Below, piece by piece: positions 40,170 to 49,887 of a stretch of 64,000 nt of DNA. Both the position numbers and the translations under genes were made by a program. Every line of letters begins with the position of its first letter. Position 1 is the first letter of the stretch. This stretch comes from a virus. The stretch spans positions 1 through 64,000 of the IMG/VR virus record IMGVR_UViG_3300028571_000013. One strand, written 5' to 3'. Under the pieces are notes generated by a model. It did not search any database and was not told the DNA's origin. It worked only from the letters and a program-made list of their open reading frames with translations.

Positions 40170-42270
40170 TGGCACAACATTTGCTAGATGCGACGTAAGT
40201 CGTTGTGGCGTAAGCACTTACGTCAAAAATGCGGGCGCCCCCTCGTCGTAAGTCCTTTAGCAGTAAGGGTTTACGTCAAGCTTTACGTTTGCGCCTATAC
40301 ACACGTTCAGTACCCACCCAAACGGGGAGGTAGAGTTTAGGATACAAGTGCACATATGTGCTCTTTACCCATCGCTCAGTCTCTAGTATAACATCGTACA
40401 CTAGTATACAATAGTTCATTCATCTTCTCCCTTGAAGCTGAACGGACTGATTTCTTCACCGCAGGCTGCGATGGCCGCATACTGCCTTGCCAATTCTTCC
40501 ACACGTTCACGGCTACCGGGCTTACCTACCGGAACGATCATGGTATCCTCACCCCCTACATAGCGGGGATCGGCCTTTTCCTTGCGAACCTTTCCGATAT
40601 TCTTCAAGGCAGTACGATTGAACTTGAGAACCTTTTTGGTCACAACGTAACGCTTCTGATCATCCACACCGTAGACGTAATCGGTATCTTCCGTGATTCG
40701 ATCATCGGGAATCTCGACCAGCATAGGGATTGCAATACCCTTGAAAATCATACGGGCTTGACGCTTGGCATTTTCGATGATGGGGAACTTGGTTTTCATT
40801 GTCTTTTTCTCTCTTAGGGTCTATCGTTCTCTTGTTCGTGTATTATACCAAACTGTTTTTCAATTTCAAGAGAAAAGTTTCCTTACAATATCGCAAGGAT
40901 ACCATTTTCTTTTTCGTAGCAGTCTAAATAAATGAACTGATCGACCCTATCTTGGTATTCAGTTTTGATAGTCCAAACATGACCTTCATCGTAATGATAG
41001 GAAACAATTTTTCCAGAAATTTCACGACCATCATCATTCACCACAACATTTTCACCAACTTCAAACATTTTTTCTCTCTTTTCTTTCTTCTAGTATTCTA
41101 CCAAAGTTTTTCTTTTCTTCAACCCCCTCTATTAGAGGGTCATCAATCCCTTGAAGTGCGAGAACGTCAGGGTCAAGGATTGTCCGACATATTTGTCGTC
41201 AATGTAATCTTGTGCAGTGCTTTTCCGATTATCGGTAGCACCAACATACTGAACAACCGTACCATTCTGATCGGTTACTTTCCATACTTTCTTCTGAACA
41301 ATCCTAGGCAGGCTGTTGATGAAATCGTTTGTTGAAATTGCTTTTTCCATTTTCATTCTCTCTTTTCTTTTTCTTTATATCGACATTATACACTCTGTAT
41401 CTTGATTGGCAAGAAAAAAAAATATGGCAAAAAAATATTTTTTATGGCACGATATTTGCTCATGCGACGTAAGTCGTTGGTACATAAGCACTTACGTCAA
41501 AAAAGCGGGCGCGTTTTCGTTGTAAGTCCTTTGGTAGCAAGGGTTTATGTCGAATCGTTGTACAGTAGTGTACGGGTGATCACCCCCTCTTACTAGGGGA
41601 GCTACCCTTACCAATCGTCATCCAGCCATCATTTACGGCTTGAATCGTAAACTTTGCATGATTGATCATTTCAGACTCAGTGAACGTATGACCATTACGA
41701 TACACACGAACAATCTGAATTTCCTTACCGATCATTTGGTAATCAGCATAAACACCACCTACTGCAATCATCATCGTTTTCATATTCATTCTCTTTTTTC
41801 TATTGAACATTCTATCAAGTTTTCGCCGCCTCAACCTAGTCTACCGATACCGGCGACTAGGACGGACACCATACTTGACCAGACTATTATCTTTCAAGGC
41901 ATCATATCCATCATCGGTATTCTTAAAGGCCGGACGGACATTGTAGAACATAACGTCTTGAGCTTTTTCAAAGTAAATGGAACGGAAGCCGTCTACGGTC
42001 TCAATGACCAGCAGATTACCCTTACCCTCAATTTTACGTTGACTCTTGACGATACCCTCAATTTTGAGGGGGGAAGGATCCTTGACACCCTGATAGGTGC
42101 AAACAATCTTGCAACCGACAACATTCTTACCATTTTTGCTTACTGTAATCATTTTCTTTCTCTTTTCTTTCTTTCTTTGTCTTTCGTTTCACCGATTATA
42201 CATTATAGTATCGTCAAAGCAACAAAAAAAAATTAGAAAAAGAAATATTTTATATGGCATGGCATTTGCT
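40170..42270 (+). promoter_or_regulatory. Three sigma54 (-24/-12) consensus sites
   Basis: TGGCAC-AACAT-TTGCT 40170-40185; TGGCAC-GATAT-TTGCT 41445-41460; TGGCAT-GGCAT-TTGCT 42255-42270. Confidence 0.7.
41132..41356 (-). CDS. Small hypothetical protein, paralog of 39850..40059
   Basis: Same motif; upstream DNA also shared. Confidence 0.7.
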   Translation of the reverse strand: MKMEKAISTNDFINSLPRIVQKKVWKVTDQNGTVVQYVGATDNRKSTAQDYIDDKYVGQSLTLTFSHFKGLMTL

Positions 42271-42400
42271 ACCAGCTTCCCCCACAAGTAGGGGGGTTTT
42301 TCTGTTTTTCGATGGTATTGAGAATAAATCTCAAAAAGCGCCGGGTGGTCCAAAAACAATAAGCTCACTATAAATCAAATGTATTACCTAAACTTCCTTC

Positions 42401-43414
42401 TTAGCCCATCAACTTATTAGATACCAGATACTTGTGCCAAGTATACGAGCTTTCTAAACTATGTTCCAATGGTATGATGCACTCAAAATCCATATCTCTT
42501 TTGATTTTACTTCCACTAGCATATATCTTATCAATATCGCCCAACCTTCTTGGCCCAGTTTCCACCACCTTATTCTTAATACTATTAACTTCCAGATATT
42601 TATTCACTAATTGTTTAACAGATATTCCGCTCCCAGTCCCCACATTATACTTATCATAAAACCCACCTTTCTGCATAACAAATTCTAAGCATTTGACATG
42701 ACATCTTGATAAATCCCCCACATCCAAATAGTCCCTGATTGCACTGCCGTCTTCCGTATCATAGTCGTCTCCGTATATTTTAAAATCATCCAACCCAAAG
42801 ACCCACCTATTTAAACGACTCATTAGACTCTCATAGCCCCCTGGTGGATTTTCCCCTATTGGTATGCTATCGTAACCCCCTATGGGATTAAAATATCTTA
42901 AACTCACAATATTTACCCACCCATTTCTTGCATAAAAATCTTCTAATATTCTTTCACATATAATTTTACTTTGACCATATGGACTAGAACTATTTTTAAT
43001 ACTTTCATTTTCCCCCACAGGAACAGAATCAGGCCACCCATAAACTGTGCAACTACTAGAAAAAATCAGATTCGGTATTTTATATCTTTCAACATATTCC
43101 AACACTCTTAATAAACTATTAATATTATTATTATAATACTTTAAAGGATCCCTCACACTTTCCCCCACATTCTTAGATGCCGCAAAATGAATTATTCCAC
43201 TAACATCGCGCGGCTCAAATCTTTCAATATTCTCACAATCCCCGTAATATACAAACATTTTCTGCATAAATTTTCTACTAATATTATCCAGATTTAAAGT
43301 TGAACTATTACTTAAATTATCTAACACTATAACATTATAATTTTTATTTAACAGATCATAAGTAACATGAGATCCTATATAGCCAGCTCCGCCGGTAACA
43401 ATGATTTTGCTCAT
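42401..43414 (-). CDS. galE: UDP-glucose 4-epimerase
   Basis: IIVTGGAGYIGSH, IHFAASKNVGES, FSSSCTVYG, SPYGQSK, LRYFNPIG, DGSAIRDYL. Confidence 0.92.
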   Translation of the reverse strand: MSKIIVTGGAGYIGSHVTYDLLNKNYNVIVLDNLSNSSTLNLDNISRKFMQKMFVYYGDCENIERFEPRDVSGIIHFAASKNVGESVRDPLKYYNNNINSLLRVLEYVERYKIPNLIFSSSCTVYGWPDSVPVGENESIKNSSSPYGQSKIICERILEDFYARNGWVNIVSLRYFNPIGGYDSIPIGENPPGGYESLMSRLNRWVFGLDDFKIYGDDYDTEDGSAIRDYLDVGDLSRCHVKCLEFVMQKGGFYDKYNVGTGSGISVKQLVNKYLEVNSIKNKVVETGPRRLGDIDKIYASGSKIKRDMDFECIIPLEHSLESSYTWHKYLVSNKLMG

Positions 43415-43509
43415 AATAATTCTTTCTTTACTTGACATTGGGCCACAATATATTATATTAATAATAACCGGTTAGTCATCTTTTTGATCCTAGAAAAAAA
43501 GGGAAAATT

Positions 43510-44112
43510 ATGAAACTTAATACTACAATAAATGTTTTGCCGCCGCCATTTTCTGATAATAGCGGCAATGTTACACGACCAGAAGCTATAGTTGCTGATA
43601 CTCTTAATGTGGCTTTTAATATTGATGTTAAGGGCAAATATATTAGTGGTCAGATAGAGCAATTTCCTAATCCACTATATTTATATACTGGTCAGGCATT
43701 TGAAGACCTTAATGGATTTTGGAATCAGGAACTTTTAGAAAGACGAGTTCTTCAATTATTAGGAGATAATCCTAGCGCCACATTACGATCATTATTTCCT
43801 AAAACTATGGAAGAAGAACCATATGGGCCAGGAACAGTATTATCAACCATGATCAAGAGTCTTGGTATTCAAATGAGCGATAGTTGTTCGTGCAGACGAC
43901 ATGCCCTGACCATGAATGAAAAGGGTAATGACTGGTGTGAACAAAATCTTGATACCGTGGTGGGTTGGCTAAGAGAAGAGGCTACTCGCAGAGGATTACC
44001 ATTTGTTGATATGATTGGGAGAGTTATGGTTAATAGGGCAGTTAAAAAGTCACGAAAGTTATTGGCCAATCAGCCAGTACCAGAAAATGACGAAGAGTTA
44101 GATAAAGAATAA
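43510..44112 (+). CDS. Hypothetical protein
   Basis: GPGT.L..MI..LGI....CSC motif; terminator follows. Confidence 0.6.
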   Translation: MKLNTTINVLPPPFSDNSGNVTRPEAIVADTLNVAFNIDVKGKYISGQIEQFPNPLYLYTGQAFEDLNGFWNQELLERRVLQLLGDNPSATLRSLFPKTMEEEPYGPGTVLSTMIKSLGIQMSDSCSCRRHALTMNEKGNDWCEQNLDTVVGWLREEATRRGLPFVDMIGRVMVNRAVKKSRKLLANQPVPENDEELDKE

Positions 44113-44147
44113 TATTCTTTTAATCTATAATTCTTAGAAACTAAGAT

Positions 44148-44185
44148 TAAACCGCATCAATAATACTGGTGCGGTTTATTTTTTT
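44148..44185 (+). terminator. Intrinsic terminator
   Basis: aaaccgcatca...tggtgcggttt then a T-run. Confidence 0.7.
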
Positions 44186-44237
44186 GGTGTATGTAATGGA
44201 TAATATTGTATTATCATTATAAATTTTAAGGTGTACT

Positions 44238-45329
44238 ATGGCCGATAATCTTTTACGTGGTGACAAAACTGTCGAAATTGCTAGAGCTAAAAAAGTTGTT
44301 GATTGTTCAAAAGGCTCTCCAGAGTGTGAAGGGCCTAACATTATATGCAAAGTTATAAGAGATGGAAATGCTCCGGGAGTAGCTACTGTTGTATATAATC
44401 CTGAAGATATAGCTAATGGGCTTCCAATTAGAAGAAACAGCGGGCCACGGCTCATAGGAATTACAGATGTTGGTCCCATTCCTTGTCAGATGTGCGCCGA
44501 TAATACATTATCCAATGGTAGAACTGTGGCTATGGATAATCTATTACATCCAGCCATAAGAGATCAGGATGACCAAACATTTAGAAACAATCATGATGGT
44601 CAGTCCAAAGCAGAATATTTACAACAGGATATGCTTAGGGCTTGTATGGAATGGATGGGAGGAAGCGAGAGTGCAATAAAAGCATTTTATGATTTGGTTA
44701 ATCCTAATTTTAATAGTCAATGTGGAACACCCTATATTTTTGAAACAGCAGCTTTAAGAATTGTAATTACAGTATCTATGAATGTTTACTGGTTTACTAA
44801 TAATTGTGTAAGACAAGAAAAGACCATTACTGCTAATAGAACCGTTAGCATAGGGCGTAGGACTTTTGCATTAGATACATTAAAAGGGGCTAGGGTAAGT
44901 TATGCTGGTAATAGAGGTAAGGGTGTCAGATATGGTATCGAGTATGACTGTTCACAACATAAAGCGACTTTAATGTGTGGTACATGTTATTATACTAAAG
45001 ATGCAGGAGGTTTCCTACAACCAAATTGTTTTGAGCCAGATGGAGTTAGGTTTTTAGAAACTGTAGCTAGACGAGCGGATGCCGACCTTTTTGATAAAAA
45101 CGGAGCACCTACTAGGCCTTTTGACGACGCTAAAAGGACTAGGGATAGTATTGCATCAGAAATTGAAGCAGAATTACCAGCCAAAGTAAGAAGTGCTGCT
45201 CTGCAACTGGTCGAAACGGCTTCGACAATGGCGGCTGGTGGATACATAGACTGTACTCCTGTGTGTGGTCTTGGATATGAATTAGCTGATGATATAGAAG
45301 TTGAGTATAGACTAATTGGCAATAGTTAA
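44238..45329 (+). CDS. Hypothetical Cys-containing protein
   Basis: 363-aa ORF after GGTGTA motifs. Confidence 0.6.
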   Translation: MADNLLRGDKTVEIARAKKVVDCSKGSPECEGPNIICKVIRDGNAPGVATVVYNPEDIANGLPIRRNSGPRLIGITDVGPIPCQMCADNTLSNGRTVAMDNLLHPAIRDQDDQTFRNNHDGQSKAEYLQQDMLRACMEWMGGSESAIKAFYDLVNPNFNSQCGTPYIFETAALRIVITVSMNVYWFTNNCVRQEKTITANRTVSIGRRTFALDTLKGARVSYAGNRGKGVRYGIEYDCSQHKATLMCGTCYYTKDAGGFLQPNCFEPDGVRFLETVARRADADLFDKNGAPTRPFDDAKRTRDSIASEIEAELPAKVRSAALQLVETASTMAAGGYIDCTPVCGLGYELADDIEVEYRLIGNS

Positions 45330-45354
45330 ACTTAAAAATAATAAATAATAAATA

Positions 45355-46575
45355 ATGAATCATATATATAATCCTATCAATTTAAATAGTATTCCACCAA
45401 AACTATCCATGTATGGTCTATCTGACGATGTATTCACAGTATATGATAATGGTAATAATTTTACTCTTGATACGAGATTAGTTTTTCCTGATTTTAAGCC
45501 AGGACTACCATCAGAAACTGTGCTTCTGTTAAGAATTAATAATGATACCTCAAAAATTTTATTCTTTACCGACACAGTATGGTTACAAAATATTACTAAA
45601 TTTTATCATATCATATATGATGCAAATGCTATTGTTAGTCAATATACATCTGATAGAGTAGCCTGTGTAGAATATACATATAATAATAGTACCAAGGTAT
45701 TAAATTCTAATATTATTTCTAGTGGTAAGCTGACAGCTAATAAATATTTATTTGATCAAGAACTATGGAATATATACCAAGGCTCTCCTATAAGTTCTTC
45801 GGATCTGGATAATGAAATAAAAGAACATAATAGTTCTCATGCTTATTTTAATAATACTATAGGATATAGTGTACAAAATGTTAATGTTTTTGGATCAGGT
45901 GCTGGATATAAATTAAATAGCACCTTTTTCTTACGCAGATCAGAGTTGATGAGCGAAGTATTACCAGATAACTGTGTTCTCTCAGCACCCTTACAGCTGT
46001 GCTCAGGCACTGTCGTAATTACTGGGGGCGTTAATTATAAAGTAGGAGATACTTTTACTATCAATAACGTAAATGCTGCAGGTTGTTTTGGTTTGGTACA
46101 AGTTATAGAAACCAATCGGACAGGAAGTATTTTACGTACACAATTAATTAATCCTGGTTGTAATTTTACGTCTTTACCAACGGCAACAGACAATAGTTCC
46201 ACTGGTTCTGGAGCCCTAATATCTATTAATAATTCATTTGGCATAGATGTTTGTCGAATTATAGACGGTGGCAATGGATATATCCCAGGAGAACATACTA
46301 TAGGATGTAAACTGAGCGGTACAGAATATGAGCCTAGTGTCTATGCCAAGGCAATTACACAAATAAATCAATTAGATATAGTACCACTATTAAAAAATAA
46401 TTTTTCAATAGACTCAGTATCTGTTATAGCTGCTGGTAATAATGTTTCAGAAGTTCAATTTGATTTGATAAATAATAATCATATTATAGATAATAACTAT
46501 ATTTCAATAGATAATAATAATTTAATTAAAACTCAAAATACAGGCGTTTCTAATAGACCAAGATTTTTTATCTGA
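45355..46575 (+). CDS. Putative virion structural protein
   Basis: Repeated V/I..(G/P)G.(G/N)Y beta motifs typical of baseplate/wedge-like proteins. Confidence 0.5.
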   Translation: MNHIYNPINLNSIPPKLSMYGLSDDVFTVYDNGNNFTLDTRLVFPDFKPGLPSETVLLLRINNDTSKILFFTDTVWLQNITKFYHIIYDANAIVSQYTSDRVACVEYTYNNSTKVLNSNIISSGKLTANKYLFDQELWNIYQGSPISSSDLDNEIKEHNSSHAYFNNTIGYSVQNVNVFGSGAGYKLNSTFFLRRSELMSEVLPDNCVLSAPLQLCSGTVVITGGVNYKVGDTFTINNVNAAGCFGLVQVIETNRTGSILRTQLINPGCNFTSLPTATDNSSTGSGALISINNSFGIDVCRIIDGGNGYIPGEHTIGCKLSGTEYEPSVYAKAITQINQLDIVPLLKNNFSIDSVSVIAAGNNVSEVQFDLINNNHIIDNNYISIDNNNLIKTQNTGVSNRPRFFI

Positions 46576-46594
46576 TATAAGAGAAACATAAACT

Positions 46595-47584
46595 ATGGGT
46601 ACATGTTGTAGTCAAGATTGTTGTCCAACAAAAGACATGAAGAGTGGCTGGGGGGGAGGGCGCGTTCCTCCTAACTATGCTTCTGGATATGTATACAATG
46701 ATATTGATCCTAGTGAAAATTGTTGCAAGTGTGTTTTTACTAATGCTTTTTGTAGGGGTATAGACTCCAAATATCCTCATGCCGGGAGTGATTGTGGTCC
46801 GTGTAATTGTGACTATAAAAAAGTTATGACACAGAGAGCTGGTTTCGACAACTGCTTAAAGCCCGTTCCTCCAGCTACCTGGAGATGTCCGCCAGATAAA
46901 CCGGTATGGAAAGATCCAAATGATGATATGTGTGAATGCGTTTGCGATAAATCACCAGGTGATTGTCAACCATATGAAACATTTAGGGCTGATTTTTGTA
47001 GATGCATATGTGAAAAAGATCTTATAGTATGTGATGGTGGAGATCCTTGTAGCAGCGCACCATTTTTAGAGAATCCTACTCCAAATTACCATCCAGAAGA
47101 TTGTAGCTGTAAGTGTGATCTTGATGTTGCTAATGGTGGACCTGGATGTACTGGCAACCCAAGAAAACCACAATTTAATTCTGCTAAGTGTGAGTGTGAA
47201 TGTATATACGATGTTGGTCCTGATAAATGCTCAGAGCGTTATCCTTATATTATGAAAGATGCTTGTGATTGTGAATGTCCAGATAGTGTAGCAGAGTCTT
47301 GTACATCTGATCAAGAATTTGATACGGATACTTGCTCATGCAAACCATGTCCTGAACCCTGTAAATTTGCACAAACAAGAAAACCTGGTAGTTGTGATTG
47401 CGAATGCCTTAAGAAAAGATCCGATTGTCCTAAAGATCAACCAATTTTCGATGATGTTAGTTGCGAATGTTATTGTCCATTATCAATTCAGATGTGGTGT
47501 ACTGGACGCCATAAGCGCTATGATTCTTCAAAATGCGAATGTGTATATGATGCTAGTGTAATGTCAATTTTATTGGAGCCATAA
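46595..47584 (+). CDS. Cys-rich CXCXC-repeat protein
   Basis: About ten C.C.C units (CECVC, CRCIC, CSCKC, CECEC, CDCEC, CECYC). Confidence 0.75.
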   Translation: MGTCCSQDCCPTKDMKSGWGGGRVPPNYASGYVYNDIDPSENCCKCVFTNAFCRGIDSKYPHAGSDCGPCNCDYKKVMTQRAGFDNCLKPVPPATWRCPPDKPVWKDPNDDMCECVCDKSPGDCQPYETFRADFCRCICEKDLIVCDGGDPCSSAPFLENPTPNYHPEDCSCKCDLDVANGGPGCTGNPRKPQFNSAKCECECIYDVGPDKCSERYPYIMKDACDCECPDSVAESCTSDQEFDTDTCSCKPCPEPCKFAQTRKPGSCDCECLKKRSDCPKDQPIFDDVSCECYCPLSIQMWCTGRHKRYDSSKCECVYDASVMSILLEP

Positions 47585-47758
47585 TTTTATGAATATATTA
47601 TATGCGAGTATTTTAAAAAGTAGATTAAAAACAAAAAATATTGAAAGAAATAATACTAATACAACAAAAGCATTAGACGGAGTCACATATCCATCTAAAG
47701 TAGATAGTAGAATTTTTGTACCAATTTTAAATAAAGCAGTATTAGCTTTAGCAAATGA

Positions 47759-47956
47759 TTAGATGCTAGTTTTAGGTCTTCCACGCTTTCTTCCAAGCTG
47801 TAGCTTGCGTCTTTGTCGTCGTATCATACTAATACTAATACTTTGTCCAGAAATCTTAGCCATCGTTTCTGACATCTCTTTATCGGTCATTTTATCATAA
47901 TTATTCTTGATAAAGTCCAAATCAGAATCGTCCCATTTCTTATATGTTTTGTTCAT
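47759..47956 (-). CDS. Small HTH protein with AT-hook-like tail
   Basis: W...DLDFIKNNY..MTDKEM; RKRGRPK. Confidence 0.6.
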   Translation of the reverse strand: MNKTYKKWDDSDLDFIKNNYDKMTDKEMSETMAKISGQSISISMIRRQRRKLQLGRKRGRPKTSI

Positions 47957-48172
47957 TATTAGTTACTTCCTTTACATTGGTGTAATTATACCTATAATAG
48001 ATATATTATAGACCATTTTTTCTAACAGGCAACACGCCCAAGGCTTTTATGAAAGATATTAAATTTAATGTTGTTGGATCAACAATGAAGGTTGTAGCAT
48101 CCTCTAAGGTTAATATTGAAAAAGATTTAGAGCAGGATAATGATCAGGAACATAAAACTATAGCAGAATTAC

Positions 48173-48802
48173 TTGATGAGCAAAAAACAAAACAAGAAAC
48201 CACAGATAAATAAAGAAGTTTCTGAAGAGGATTTTCTAAAGACACTAGAGATTATTACTAAAAAATTAGTATATAAATTTAAGTTTGGATATCACGACGT
48301 TGATGATATGAGACAGCAAGCAGCAATATTTGCTTTGGAGGGTTTAGACCATTATGACTATTCTAGACCTTTAGAAAACTTCTTATGGACACATGTAAGA
48401 AATCGTTTATTTAATTACAAAAGAGATAATTACCAGAGACCAGACAAGCCGTGTCTTACCTGTCCATTATATAGACCAAATAGTGAAGGTTCTGATTGTG
48501 CACAGTTTAAGGATAAATTAAATTGTAATGCTTACAAGGTTTGGTTTAAGCGTAATAATAGTAAAAAAAATATAATGAAACCAGGATACATCGAGGATTA
48601 CGATCCTGAACAATCTAATAATAATTTTATAGAATCTATTTCTAATCAAGAAATTATAGATTATTTAGAAGATAATTTACCAACCAAATATAGAGAGATT
48701 TATTTAAAGCTAAAACATGGAACTAAAATCTCTAAGAACGATAAAACCAAATTACAGAACTATATAAAAAATAATATTTTACCTAAATTTAAAAAAGACT
48801 AA
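48173..48802 (+). CDS. Phage sigma70-family factor-like protein (probable late sigma)
   Basis: Region-2-like DDMRQQAAIFALEGLDHYDYSRPLENFLWTHVRNRLFNYKRD; CxxC insert; LP.KYREI region-4-like. Confidence 0.7.
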   Translation: MMSKKQNKKPQINKEVSEEDFLKTLEIITKKLVYKFKFGYHDVDDMRQQAAIFALEGLDHYDYSRPLENFLWTHVRNRLFNYKRDNYQRPDKPCLTCPLYRPNSEGSDCAQFKDKLNCNAYKVWFKRNNSKKNIMKPGYIEDYDPEQSNNNFIESISNQEIIDYLEDNLPTKYREIYLKLKHGTKISKNDKTKLQNYIKNNILPKFKKD

Positions 48803-48803
48803 C

Positions 48804-49619
48804 ATGACTAAAAAACGTGGACAACTAAGTTTAGAAGAAGAAAAATATATCAGAGAGAATATAGAGCAGCAAACTGTGGAAGATATAGCTTCTTCTTTGA
48901 ATCGTAATCCTGATCCTATTAAAAAATATATAGAGTCAGAAAATTCATTTCCCCCAAAAGGAGAGCAACACGAAAACGAAATTCTAAAACTTAAATTACG
49001 ATCCAAGTCATTCTGGCAAGAAGTATGTAAGCAGTTTGATAAAGAAACTGGAGAATTACAGTATTTTGAAAATACATGGGTTAATTTAGTTAAACAGTTC
49101 CGTGAGGACGTTTTACCAGCAGAAGAATTACAAATCAAACAATTTATTACTATCGATATTCTAATTAACCGAAGTATGAAAGAAAGAAAAAGACATATCG
49201 CAGAAACGGAGAAGCTCCAAAAACAAGTCGATAAAGAATATGATAAACCAGAAGACCAAAGAGATATTGCTAGATTAGCTAATATGGAAACTCAATTAAG
49301 TTTTGCTAGGAATAGTATAGCAAGTTATACAAATGAGTATACTAAATTATTATCAGAACAACAAAAAATTAGTAAGGATCTTAAGGCTACCAGAGAGCAG
49401 CGTATTAAAAGAATTGAGGACGGTAAAAGCTCTTGGACTGGACTTATTCGTATGCTAGAAGAAGAAGAGATAAGAGAAAAAGAAGGTAGACAGCTTGAGA
49501 TTCTTAAAATGGCAACTGATAAATCCAGAGCTACTTTATATGACTTACATTCGTACCAGGATGGTCAGTTAGATAGACCCATACTTAATCATGAATCGGT
49601 ATTAGAAGATGACTCGTAG
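48804..49619 (+). CDS. HTH/coiled-coil protein, possible terminase small subunit
   Basis: N-terminal HTH, coiled coil, position upstream of TerL. Confidence 0.4.
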   Translation: MTKKRGQLSLEEEKYIRENIEQQTVEDIASSLNRNPDPIKKYIESENSFPPKGEQHENEILKLKLRSKSFWQEVCKQFDKETGELQYFENTWVNLVKQFREDVLPAEELQIKQFITIDILINRSMKERKRHIAETEKLQKQVDKEYDKPEDQRDIARLANMETQLSFARNSIASYTNEYTKLLSEQQKISKDLKATREQRIKRIEDGKSSWTGLIRMLEEEEIREKEGRQLEILKMATDKSRATLYDLHSYQDGQLDRPILNHESVLEDDS

Positions 49620-49887
49620 ATATTATGATAGACAATATAAACAATGGATTAAAAGTATTTTTGAAAGAGACAATCATGGTTGTCAGTGGCCTCATTGTGT
49701 ACAGCCGCATAAAAAACTTAATGCTCACCATATAAAAAAGTGGGCAGACTATCCAGGCTTACGTTTTCATTTATCCAATGGTATTACTCTGTGTAAATAT
49801 CATCATGATCTAATTAAAAACAATGAAGAAAACTACGAGCTTTTTTTCTTAAAACTTTTATTAAACAAAAATGATGACAACAAGTAA
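49609..49887 (+). CDS. HNH endonuclease
   Basis: RDNHGCQ..C..LNAHHI..NGITLCKYHH. Confidence 0.85.
   Translation: MTRRYYDRQYKQWIKSIFERDNHGCQWPHCVQPHKKLNAHHIKKWADYPGLRFHLSNGITLCKYHHDLIKNNEENYELFFLKLLLNKNDDNK

Larger units (their letters stand above)
27810..41549. repeat. Dispersed family of 12 x 82-bp double-palindrome elements
   Basis: Copies at 27810, 29019, 30658, 31646, 33355, 34135, 35390, 36966, 37670, 38757, 40194, 41468; each is CGTAAGTnnTT-N7-AAnnACTTACG, a GC-rich linker, then a second such site 53 bp after the first. Confidence 0.95.
23535..42222 (-). promoter_or_regulatory. More than 20 near-consensus sigma70 promoters (TTGACA-N17-TAGAAT/TATAAT/TATACT), many with CGATA in the spacer
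   Basis: e.g. 28962-28990, 29851-29879, 33297-33325, 33977-34004, 34067-34095, 36388-36416, 36908-36936, 37532-37560, 37604-37632, 38666-38694, 39214-39242, 39780-39808. Confidence 0.85.

Noticed and set aside
27810-41549. 82-bp repeats as a CRISPR array
   Set aside because: Copies are degenerate, 0.7-1.7 kb apart with genes between them, and no cas genes are present.
27810-41549. Elements as classical integron attC or XerCD dif sites
   Set aside because: No RYYYAAC/GTTRRRY ends, no match to the dif consensus, and no intI or xer gene in the window; only the geometry is similar.
27810-41549. Elements as simple intrinsic terminators or MITEs
   Set aside because: No consistent GC stem plus U-tract, no target-site duplications, and fixed 53-bp phasing points to double-stranded protein binding.
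28302-42236. Long plus-strand ORFs (28302-29099, 32651-33286, 34374-35108, 37728-38246, 41640-42236)
   Set aside because: They are antisense shadows of recognisable minus-strand genes and cross promoters or elements.
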